A stretch of DNA of 53,892 nt, counting the filler, from Basidioascus undulatus (taxonomy: Eukaryota), in assembly GCA_000826855.1 (NCBI GenBank). It is 3 parts of 3 records of this genome, joined end to end, with 100 filler letters (N's around TTAATTAATTAA, not from the genome) between each part and the next. Parts side by side here need not be neighbours in the genome. Positions count along the whole stretch, not along the records: positions 18,013 to 35,908 come from JTLS01000503.1; positions 36,009 to 53,892 come from JTLS01000504.1; 1 more part is not named here. The stretch is one strand, 5' to 3'. The stretch's first letter is position 1. The number at the start of each line of letters is the position of its first letter. Shown here one piece after another: positions 27,080 through 38,639 of the stretch. The position numbers and the translations under genes are program-made. Below the pieces are notes generated by a model, which did not search any database, was not told where the DNA came from, and saw only the letters and a list, made by a program, of their open reading frames with translations.

Positions 27080-30000
27080 CTATGAAAAATTGCGGAAAAG
27101 AAGACGACTGCAAGAAAGGACAACATCAGCATGCAGTGGGCATCTCGAACGGCAGTGTAAAGCATACTTGGGAGCTCGCGAGAGGCACTCGGTAAGCTGA
27201 AGTTGCGTGGAGTCAGCCATCGGTGCAGATCAGCTTGAGAATTACATGACAAGCTGACCTCTGGCACGAGGATCGGCTTGCTGGCATAGTCGTCGAAGCC
27301 CGCTGCCAGGCAGACTTCGCGGTCACCGACGCACGCGTTCGCCGTGAGCGCGATCAACTGTGGAAAGGGCGTCAGTTCAGCGTGGGGGGCGGTGGGCTTG
27401 GGGATCGGATCATACCCAAGGTCGGTCTTTCGGATTGGGGAAGAGCTTGCATATCTCTGTGGCCGCCTCGAGGCCGTCCTTGCGAGGCATCTGTCATGAG
27501 AGCACGATGAGCATCTGACTAACCGCAGAGCACAACGTCGCTGCATGTACGTTCACGTCCATGAGCAGAACACTGTACTGCTTCGACTTGACCGCGTCGA
27601 CCGCAAACTGCCCGTCCATGGCGACCTGATGGTAATGAGACCGTCAGCGGCAATGTACAGGATGCGGTAGCGGAAAGGCTACGCACGTCCGTCTTGTAGC
27701 CGAGTAAGCGCAAAAGGATATGCTGCGCAACCTTGACGTTCACCTGTGAGCACGAAACATCAGCAAACTGTCGAGAGATCTCTTCGAGATAGGATGGACG
27801 CACAGGATTGTCCTCAGCAAGCAGCATTGTGTGCGGGTAGCGCTCAGCAAGCTTGAATGCCGGGGCGGTCCGTTCGGCAAATGGCAGTGCAGGATCGTTC
27901 CCGGGCCGAACGATGAGTTGTCGGACAGCATTGTACAGCTGTCCAGTGGAACAGGGAAGCGTAAGCATAGAATGAACGTAGCGATTAAAATGATTCGATG
28001 ACCCACCCGGTTCTGGCGCACGGGCTTGAGCAAGTACGTCGACGTCAACTTCGTGTACATGTCCGGCGCGGGCGCGCCAAGCCTTGTGAGCACAACGACC
28101 GCCTTAAACTCGGGGGCGAGTGAGCCGATGCGATCAACGAGCGGCTGAGAAAACTGGGCGGGAAGGAAGATGTCGAGGAAAATAATATCCCAGCGACGGT
28201 CGCTAACGAGAGGCAGCGAATCCGATCCATTCGAAGCTGTGGCGACGAAACCGAGAGCTTCGAGGAGCTGCACGATTTGGACTGACGTCGGCGCGTGATG
28301 GTCGATGACGAGCGCGCTCTGTAGGACAGGGATTGAATAACGGCGCGTAGTTGTGAGGTAGACAAGGCTGTCCTACCTTGCCCTTCAGGTCGAGGTTCGC
28401 CTCCGGAGCGAAGACGGGGCTTCCGGTCGGTGCACGTGGCACGAGTAGCTCGAGCTCAAACGTCGATCCAATGCCCTCGACCGAGTTCTTCAGGGTGAGG
28501 TCGCCGGACATGAGCTTACTGAGCTTGCGCGAAATCGCAAGACCGAGACCTGAATGGGATGAGCTCTTTCAGCAACCGCCAGCAGAGTGCGCCGAAGCAT
28601 ATAGCGCACCAGTCCCGCCAAAACGTCTAGCGAGGATAAAGGGGTCAGCTGGCTCATGACAACCACTCAGACGCGTTGCGAGACGTACCGGAAGGTCGTG
28701 TTGTCTGCTTGTGAGAAGGTCTGGAAGAGCTTTGGCCAATCAGAGCGAGGAATGCCTGCCAGAGTGAGTAACAGGGCGTCAGCATTGGAAACGGCGACGC
28801 GATATGCGCCACGCTCACCGATACCGGTGTCCTTCACGGCCACCGTAAGCCGCACGTCTGGCAGCTCCGATTCGACCAGTTCTTCGACAAACGACGCAGT
28901 GATGACGACCTCGCCAGCGGCCGTGAACCTGCAAAGCACATAAGCACTTGCCGGGGAAACGTATAAAAAGGAGCCACGCACTTGATCGCGTTGGACGCTA
29001 AGTTTACGAGCACTTGCCTCAAGCGGGTGAGATCCGACATGATCTAGCGAGAGTTCGGTATGTCAGCGCGAGCGGCTTCTGATCGTTTAGAGGCTAAAAC
29101 TACCGTCACATCGCCTTGATTGAAGATGAAGGCGAGATCCAGTTTCTTGGCAGCCGCCTTCTCCGAGACGAGCTCGAGAACGCCCTCAATGCAGCTGCGG
29201 ACGGAAACGGGCGTTCTTTCGAGCTCGAGACGATCTGCGCACTCACGAGCGAATGTCAGAAAGCAAATGCTACCAGAAGGTGCAGCGCAGCGTACCGTTT
29301 TCCTGAACAAGAAAGTAAGGTCAGTACTGTCAGGCGTCGCGGAATCTCACGGCCACTTACGATCTTGCTGAAATCCAAGATGCTGCGAATATAATGGGTA
29401 AGCTTACAGCGGCACAAAGCAGACAGAAGTCCTACTCGTTGATGATCACGAGCAGCTCGGAGCTTGAGTTGCGGATGGTCTCGGCGTAGTCCAGCTGCAA
29501 AGGATTCAACGGGGTGTCGAGCAGCAGGCCGGAGAGACTGAAAATGCTGTTGAAAGGCGTTCGAATTTCGTGGCTCATGTTGGCAAGGAAGAGACTCTGT
29601 GGGAGGTCGTCAAGGATGAGTGGATCGCAGAACCGGCATGCCAGGACAGCCCACCTTGAGCTTGGTCGCGTTCTCTGCGAGCTCCTTCAGTCTACGCATT
29701 GCCGCCTGCGCGCGCTCTTTCTCTCGAATCTGAACCTCCAGATGCTGAGTGCGCTGCTCGACCTGTCGTGAGTTCTACCGGTCAGTCGCCCGTTCGTCGA
29801 TGGGCGCCGTAAGCAACGGCGGACCTTCGTCTCAAGCAAGCGGTTGTACTCCTCGAGGCGTTCTTTGCTTCGAACCAGGTCATCGTACAGTCGGGCTTTG
29901 TCGACGCTCTGCAGCTCATCCATATCTTGTCAGCGGGATCGGTAGAATACGGTTACAGCTCAACGCACGATTGCCGCTCTGCACGATACAGCCCATCAGC

Positions 30001-33000
30001 AATAGCCACAGCCCGAGGTGAGGATTCGCATACTGAGTACTGATGAGCTTGAGAATTTCCGTGCGTTCGTGGCTGAATGCGGACGTGACTTGGTCATTCT
30101 GCAGGCTGAAAAGCGAAAAGACGACATCAGCACGGTACTCGGGTGGGGATCATGACAGCCGGCGCATGCCAAACGGTTACGTACTACAAGACGCCCACCA
30201 GAGCACCTTGGGATTGAAGCGGGAGCGCGAGAATCGACTTTGGGCTCTTGTCGGCGAAGAACGGCTCGTCGAGAGCGCCCGTAATGAGGCTGAAGTCGTT
30301 CAGGACGGCGTTCTGACGAGATCACAACCAAGTCAGACATGCAGTGAAAGACTGCCATAACGCTCACAACGTCAAGTCTGACCTTTGTGCGAGCGACGTA
30401 ATGAATGATCGAGCACGGAGAGAGCTCGGGCGTCTCGTCGATGGGCACGCTTGAGCGGTGGTGCTGGACCTCGAAGCCCTGCGAGGTACCGGACGCCTCG
30501 ATGCACAGCTTGCCCGCTTTCTCAAGCACGAGAACAGTCCGCTCGGCACCTGCAAAGTGCGTTAGTCAGTGCGAAGTTATGGCAAGATCCAAAAAGAGAG
30601 GGGAATAGCGAACCGCTGGCTTGGAGCACGATGTTCATGAGCTTGGATACGATCCTGCGCGTGCATTCGTCAGCGCGCACGCTCGCAGTGAAAGAGCCGA
30701 AGAGACGCACTTGTCCAATCGCACCTCCTCGGAGACAATGAGAGCTGCGTGCGGAAGGTGTCACCACGCTTGCTCCCTGGTTACAAGATGAAGATACGAA
30801 CAAGCTCGTAGAACAGTACGCAAGTCGAGCTCAGTGCCCAACGCCGAACGCGTCTCGCCGCCGATGAAGAGGTTGGAGAAGCTCTCGTCTGTGCTCTCGT
30901 GCTCGGAGAGCTTCTGGCGCTTGCCGCGCGATGCGTGACGAGACGGGCGCTCGCCGTTGCTGCGCGGGGCGGACTGCGAGTGCGGCAGTCCGATCAGTCT
31001 GCCGCCGTCGGACTTGGCGAGATCGGACTGCGACATGATGGTGTCCGAAGCGTCGGTGATGCCGAAGTCGAACGGGCCGTGCTCGATCGCGGGCGTCACG
31101 AGAGGGACGGAGAAAGGGTCGACACCCTGCGCTTCGGCCGAGAGGTACTGCTCGGGGAGCGGCAGAGGGGAGGGGTCGATTCCGAATCCGGACGGGGACG
31201 ACGGGGAGGCAGTCGAGAAGAGCGAGGGGTAGTCGTTCGCAAGCGCGTCCAGCTTGGGTTTGCAGCCCCATCGAAGCCACAAGCCGTACGCTTCGGAGAG
31301 GTAGCCGGCCGCGAACTTGGACTTGCCTCGCCGGATGAGCATCTCCGCCGCGCGCTCGTTGATGAATGCAGCCAAGTCTGCAGAAGCCGAAAGGCACAAA
31401 CCTTGAGTATGAAGCTGCGCGGGGAGACGAAACCTGAACTTACGCGTGAAGCGGTACTCGGTCGACTCGGCAATGGCGTTGTCGTACATCTCGAGCGCCT
31501 CGTCCAACCGACCTTCTCGGCGGAGAAGCTCGGCCTTGAGCCATATTCCCTTGTGGCTGAAGGTTCTGCAGAGGAGCGGGTGGTGAGTCTTCAGCGCCTT
31601 AATGACAGGTTTTAATCGACATACTCTGGGGCAAGCTCGGAACGCCAGGTGCTGAACTCCTCCGCCGTCTCGGCGATAGCCGTGAGCTCCTCTGGCGTCG
31701 CCGCCTCGTCGTCGACGATGTAGATGCATTCCCAAAATCGGAACACGCAGGTGTAGAGCAGGCCGGGCGCGCCGTGGTAGCTCTCACGCCCCATGCGGAT
31801 AGCCTCGCGAGCTCGCGTGCGGTCCTTGAACATGACCGCGAGCATCGTACCCTGCGGAAGGAGGATGTAAGCGACACTGCAGGACTTTGCATCTCAGCAG
31901 CTAATTAAGACTGACGAAAAGATTGACGAGATGGCGATGGAGATGGTACGATCGCGACTCGATGATCTCGAGCTCGGTCTTGCCGAAAACCTCGCCGTTG
32001 AGTTCGACGACATTGTCGGAGCGACCGAGAAGGTTCAAGATAGCCTGGTACACGGTCGCGTGGTACGTGATACCGATGTCTTGCCTGAAAGGCGCGACGA
32101 AAGTGAGTGGAGTTCCGCGATAGGCCAAGCGCGTGTCCCACTTACTTGAACTTGCTCAGCAGCACGCTGTACGAGCTCGCTTGCGAGACGAGAAGATTAA
32201 GGTTCTCGCCTGCGAAAAGCTGGTACACGAGCAGCTCGCATGAGCCGTACCTGTCAGAAACAAGCGTGAGCGAAAGAGTCAGCAAAGGATGTCGGCTGGT
32301 GCCTACGCGAGGTATTCCGCGTTGAACGTCCGGATCTGTGCGCGACCACCAAACGCCGTGAGCTGAATGCCTTTTGAGAAAAGTGATTGGAACAGAAGAC
32401 TCACGCCGATCGAGATCGCCGAGAGGAAGCTCTGGTTCGTGTTGCGAAGAGGCTCGCACCAGACCTGGCAGCGAAGGCGTCAGCCGAAAGTACGACAGCT
32501 CTTCGGGAAAAAGGCCGCCTTACCTGAATGTGCGACGCGTAGACCTGCGCAACAGTGCTCAGAGTCAGCTCAATTGCTCGTCGAGTGTGAAGCGGCTCCT
32601 TACCTTGTATATCGGGCAACCGAGCGGGTCGTCCGGTGCACGCGCGCGAAGAAATCCGACAGCGACGTTGCCGTACGCGTCTGGACATTTCATCAAAATA
32701 AGCATCTAAGGCATCTCCGAAGCGTGAAGTCAAAGGCCTCCCGAACTCACAAGCTTCCCGGATCTCGCGGTACTTCTCGACGATGTTGAGCGCGTGGATG
32801 GTGAGGATGTACGCGCCCGCGGGACACAGCCCGCGCTGGACCGTGATTTGCAGCGCGCTCGACATGACGGGCGCGAGGAGGTCCGGCCTCGAGAAGTACA
32901 CGGGCGAGACGAGCGCGACGACGAGGTTCTGCGCGGCGAGGAGGATCGGGTCTTCGAGGAGGGGGAGGTCGATCATGGTCTAGATGCGACCCACTCCGGT

Positions 33001-35908
33001 CAGCGCAGCCGAGACTAGAGTGTGAGGAATGCAGGCGCACTTGGATCTGCTCGACCGTGAACCTCTGCGTCTGTCGGAGCTGGTCGGCGAGCTTGGCTGC
33101 GGCGTCCGCTTCGAGAGGGACGTTGACGCCCGCGATGCGCAGACCCTTGAGCCCGATCTCGATCGCGCGGAAGGCGTCTCCCGTGCCCGTCGCACAGCGC
33201 ACGCTGCGGGCATACTGTATTCCACGAGTCAGCCTAAAGCTGCCGGAGAAAGTAGAGGTGGTGCAGGAACACACCATCTTCAGTCGGTCAAGGTCATCCT
33301 TGACGTGCTTTAAGTAAACCTCGACGTGCTGCAGTGCGCGGATGTAGTTCCTGCATCACCAGACCGAACCAATCAGCCGCTAATGCTTCCGAGCATCGCT
33401 AAACGGAAAGCAAACGCACGAATTCGAGTACTCGGCGTCAACCAGCAGCGCCATCGTCTCGTTCATGAGGTCGTACTGGTTCAGCCAGCCTCCCGCACCG
33501 AGCAAGTCGCGCGCGAGGGTGAGGTACCGGATGGACGGCTCGAACGCCGTCGCATGCAGGGCCTTGCGGCCGGCGAGCAGGTTCAAGCGCGCTAGCTCGT
33601 CGAGCTCCTCCTGCGTTGACAGGATCGATAGGCCGTGGTTAAGCTGCCCGACGAGCTGTGGAGGGCGAGAGAAGCGGCTTCAGTCCAACTGTCATGATGA
33701 AGTCGAGAACAAAGGTAATGCGTACTTCGAAGATGTGCTCGTCGAGCTGTGAGAACAGAACATCAGCACGGAGTGACGCGGCAGAAAATCTTGCGAAACA
33801 GTACCTCGCCCTGCGTCGCACTGCGGAACAGGCGCTGGCCGATGCGGTGATGCGTAGCGGCCTGCTCCTCCCTCGGGATGAGGCCGTACGCGGCTTGTTG
33901 GACCTGCAAAACGAAGTCATCAGTTTCCCGCTCCCCCATGTCCCCTCGCCTCGCTCCTATCCGCAGCCAACTTACCCGATCGTGCAAGAACCGATACCTC
34001 GGCAAGCCGCCGACATCCTCCTCCGCGGGCGGCGCGGTGCCGGCCTCCTTGCTTCCACCCTCCGACCTCGGCTCCGTCTCGACCTTCTCATCGCTGTCCA
34101 CCTCCATCGCGGAGCTCCTGGGCGTCTCCACGTCCGGCTGGCTCTGCGAGCCCGACCCTCCGTCGCTCTTCGTCACCAGAACAACCAAGCCCGCCTGTAA
34201 GGCCTCCTGCAACTCCCTCGCAATGTCCGCCGGCGCGACGTCCATCGCGCGCGCTAGCGTCGCGAGGGAGAGGTGCTCGTTGCCCAGACACGCCGCGACC
34301 TTGAGGACCTTCTGGCCCGGTTCGCTGAACTTGCCCATCTGCGTCGAGAGGAGGTCGACGACGGAGGTGGAGACGTTCGCGAGGGAGGCGAGATCCCATG
34401 TCCAGCGGCCGGCGGAGAAGTCAAATCTCAGCAGCCCGGAAGTATGCATCGTCCGCAGCAGCTGCGAGACGTGGAAGGGGTTCCCGCCCGTCTTGTCGAG
34501 GATGAGCTCGCTCAGCGCGCGCACGCCTTGGTACTCCTCCGCTGGCGCGGACCCCGCGCTCGCGCCACGCTCGATGCCCAGCGTGTCGCACACGATCTCC
34601 TCAACGTCCTCGAGCTTGAACGGGCCCAGGTCGATCGCAACGTCGACGGTGACTTGCTTGAGCATCTGCGGATGCCGGAATCACATGAGCCGGCATGTTC
34701 AAGAGATGGTGTGCGCAGTAAAGCAGATGCACCTCCGTGACGATGTGCTTCGGTCCAACCTCGTTGTCGCGGTAGATCAGCACGAGGAGTAAGGACTGGC
34801 CCGAGGCGGTCGCGTTCGAAATGAGGTTCTGGATCAGACCGAGGTCCGTCGGACTGCACGGGTTGCAGGGTGCCGGTCGTCAGCTAAATGAGAATCGGCC
34901 AGGATACGACGTAAAGCACCCACCTCGACCACTGCACGTCGTCGAAGCACATAACGAGCGGCCTCCCGCGCCTCGCAAACGTTCTCACAAAGTTCTATCC
35001 CATTCCTACCTCATCAGCCCCTCTCCCCCTCCTTCCCATACGCCGCGACCCGAACAATGCACCTGCACGACCCTCTTGAACCTCCCCTCGCTCTCCACGG
35101 GCCCCAGCTCCGGCGGGTCCGGAAGAACTCTCAGCCATCCGTCTTCAAACACGTTCTCAAGGCCGGGGACGACGGCGGCGAGAACTTTGACGTCGTTTCC
35201 GAGCGCGCGCGAGAGGCGGCGGCGCCAGTGCGCGAGCGCGTCGGAGGACTCGGTCAGGATCTGGCGGATGAGCTCGGAGAGGGCGAGGTAGATGGAGATG
35301 AAGGGGATGGCGCTGCGGGCGGGTGGAGGGTGGGGTGAGCTGGTGGGGAGGGGAGGGATGCGGGAAGACGGACCCTTTGAATTGATCTGGGTGGAGGGAG
35401 GGATGAGTGAAAGAGAGAGGAGTGAGATAGAGGAGGGGACGCACCGAACTTGGCAGACGTAAAATACCCCTTGCTCTGTACGACAGGCTTCCTAAGCTGC
35501 TTCGCGAGCGCGCTCTTCCCGATGCCCGAGTACCCGCGCACAACCACCAGCTCGCTCTTCCCCACGGCCTTGAGCACGCCGCCCGTGCCGCCCGAAGCGC
35601 TAGCGGTCGCGGGCGGGGTGCAGCGCGGCGTGCCGGAGCGGCTGCTCCCCGGCGGCGGCTGGGGCGGGGGGTCCTCGACTGTGACGGTGCCCTGCTTCAC
35701 GCGCTCGAACGCGTCCAGCAGCTCATGCAGCTGCGTCTGGCGCGCGTAGAGCTTGTGAGGGAGCGCGAATTGCGAGCGCGCGTCCAGGGCGCCGATGGGG
35801 AAGTTGTCGGCCTCCGCAGGAACCTCCGCTGTGGTGATGGTGAGGCTGCGCGCCGCGGGGGTGGGGTCGTCTTGGAGAGGGAGGACAGCGGGTGGGAAGG
35901 GCGGCGGC
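27080..35908 (-). CDS. Group X hybrid histidine kinase (Chk1/Mak2-like: AAA ATPase - GAF - HisKA - HATPase - receivers); 5'-truncated by the contig start
   Basis: Walker [20 protein letters not shown] and [14 protein letters not shown]-box [15 protein letters not shown]-box [17 protein letters not shown] boxes VKDTGIG and FGGTGLGLAIS; receiver LLAEDNPVN...LLMDV...IALTANA...GFDDYASKP. Confidence 0.93.
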
Positions 35909-36008
35909 NNNNNNNNNNNNNNNNNNNNNNNNNNNNNNNNNNNNNNNNNNNNTTAATTAATTAANNNNNNNNNNNNNNNNNNNNNNNNNNNNNNNNNNNN
36001 NNNNNNNN
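35909..36008. other. Artificial contig spacer (N44-TTAATTAATTAA-N44)
   Basis: Same 100-bp structure as 17913-18012; 12-mer at 35953-35964. Confidence 0.97.
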
Positions 36009-37719
36009 GGTGCAGGTCGCGCGCGAAGAGGCGCTGCTCGGGGATAAGGGAGGAGAGGGGCGGGGGGCCGAGGGAGACAGAGGAGAGCGAGACGAGGGAG
36101 GAGGATGAGTGCGGGAAACGGTGCAGGATGGGGCGGCGGTGGCGGGACTGTGGGGGGCTCGATTAGTAGGGACAGAAGGGAGAGGACAGGGAAGGAGGTG
36201 CACGCACGCTGCAGGAGCTCCCTCGTCGACCCAGGGTCGATGGCCCGCTATCAAAGCTCGTTTCTGCGAGCGTGCTCGAGAAGCCCAACGTCTCGGCCGC
36301 GAGGAGAGCGGACGGGTCGTGCACGACTGGCCCGTCGACGCAGAGGACCTTGACCTTGCCCGGGTGGCCGCCCTCGCCGTAGACGTCGGTGGAGGAGACC
36401 ACGGTGAGGTCGTGCGAGCTCGAAACGGTGGGAGGGGCGGAGGTGAAGACGAAGGGGTTATTGTTGTTCTGGGAGGAGTCGGGGTGGGGCGTCGGGACGC
36501 TGGAGGAAGACGGGGTGGTGAGAGTCACGGTGAGGACTGGTGCGGGAGGGGAGTAGGTGACTCCGACAGAGGTGGGGAGGAGGGACGTTGGTGCTGTTGG
36601 TGGTGCGGTGCCGGGGGAGAGGAGGGGTGTGGAAGGCTGGGAGGGGGACTTTGCAATCGACAGCGTGAGGACGTCGACGTAGTTGTCCTTGAACAAAGGG
36701 CTGGGCGCGAACGCGTGCCGGACAACGAACGCGCGCTTCGCCTCCTCCGCAGAGTCTTCCGCGCCGTCCCAGAACCAGGACGCGACATTCGCGCGCGGGG
36801 GGAGGACGACGAGGCGGGTGTCGCGCCAGACGGTGCGGAGGGTCGGATCGCGTGAGAGCCGGAGGTAGATAGGGTGCGTGTCCCAGTCGTCGTCGTCCTC
36901 TGCCAGGTCGGGGAGGAGCAGGGACGCGCGCGAAGAGTGTTGCCGGGTGAAGGGCGAGGGCGGCGAGGTCGGCGAGGTGGAGGACGAGGGGAAGGGCACG
37001 CCGCCCCCGCCGCTTCCCCCACCGCCGCCGAAGAGTGATCGCCGGTCGTACTCGAACGAGGATGATGTGTGAGAGGACTCTGAGGACGTGGACATTGGGA
37101 TATGGGCGTCAGTATTCAACGAACCCAAGAGCAGAAAAGGGCGCGAAATGTGGAAAGGAAGGCGGGGGCGCGTGCGCTGCGCTGTGCAGCGGACCGCGAA
37201 GCGGAAATGCCCCGAGGACACGTTGCCTTCGCGGAGCTTTGCCTCGGTGGCAGACGCAGATTTTATCGCATCCCATGCCATCCCATCCGAGGAAGCGCGT
37301 ACGAAAGAGCGAGCCAGTGGGCAGTAGCAGCTCAGACCGCGAGTAGGCCAAGCATCAACATGTAGCGTCGCCGTGCTGCTGCTGCCAGCCCCTGCGCGCT
37401 CGTATAGCCTGGCAGACGCGTGGAATGCCAGACCACGAGGACCATCCAGCTTGAACAGTCCTCCCCGCCGGATAACCCATCTCCCAGCACCCCTCATCTC
37501 CCCCCGAGCGCCAGAGATCCAAGCAGCGCACTTACCTCGACTCAGACTCAGCCTGCCGCTGCCCGCCCACGCGCCCTCCCCCGTCCTGCCAGATCCACCC
37601 ACACCCCCACAACCTCCTCCAATCTCCCCCGACCCAGTCCCCACGGCCAGCGCCCCCTCCCGGCCCTTGCGCTGCTTGGGCTTGACCTTGCTCTTGCCAA
37701 ACAGCGCCTTGGCAAACAT
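36009..37719 (-). CDS. 5' part of a gene resembling the N-terminus of VARP/ANKRD27-type VPS9-ankyrin proteins; start at 37719 or 37095; 3'-truncated
   Basis: HPIYLRL...LVVLPP...FVVRHAFAPSPLFKDNYV...VVSSTDVY...KVLCVDGPV follows the order of the VARP N-terminal motifs as recalled. No VPS9 or ankyrin domain is visible before the gap. Confidence 0.5.
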
Positions 37720-38639
37720 CGTGCGTGCGTGCGCGTGTCGGTCGTTCGCGGTCGTCTCAGAGCATGCGCGTTCGTTCGTGTTCGTGAGTAGAAATCCCTG
37801 CGTCAAAAGTGTAATTGCGAGTGTGTAAAAGTGAGATTTGATGGGTATGGATGTGATGGATGCGAGATGGACGCAGGACGCAGGGGGCGGGTCGAAGGGG
37901 CGGGCGAAGCTGAAGCGAAGGACGATGGCGGCGCAATCCGAAGTTCACAGTCCAGCAACTTGCAGCGCAAGGGCAGGCTGCTGTCAGGGCACGGCTGTCA
38001 GTTTATCTAGCCTGAAACAAGCCTCCTTCGAACGCGACTCGGTTCAGGATCGTTCAACGGTCAGCTGAGTCCACTCATTTTCTATCAAACAACAGCGCAG
38101 AGGGGATCAGCTTGGCAGACCCTGGCTGTTTGCAGATCCTGAACGTCGATCCTCCAACACTGGCGGTGGCTGTCGCTGCTACTGGGATGCATTGGGATCC
38201 CTTGCACACAGGAGACAGGCTCCAGAACAGGTGCAGGTACAGCCTACAGCCAAGTGCAGCCCATTCCCAGTAGCCCAGCACGTTCGCTCGTGTTCGCGAA
38301 GACTAGAAAAAACTTGCGCACAGCACGCACGCGCACGCGCACGCGCCCAATGCTGCACTCCCGTTCAAAGTGCACGCGAGCAACTTCTTGTAGACGTCAT
38401 GTATGGCAAGTTGTATATCGAAGTATTCAAAGTTGCGAAACGGCGAAGCCGTAGTACCAACGTCAAGGTCAAGGTCAAGTCACACCCCCTCCTCCCTGAA
38501 TCTCCTCGAAACGCCTCCTCCCCCCTCCCATCCCCTCTTCACATGACCAATCAAAGAACCAAGCACTGAACCCAAAATGACCTTATCATCATCCCTGCCC
38601 CCTCCCACTCCTAACCAAAACTCTACTCTTCCCTTCCCC

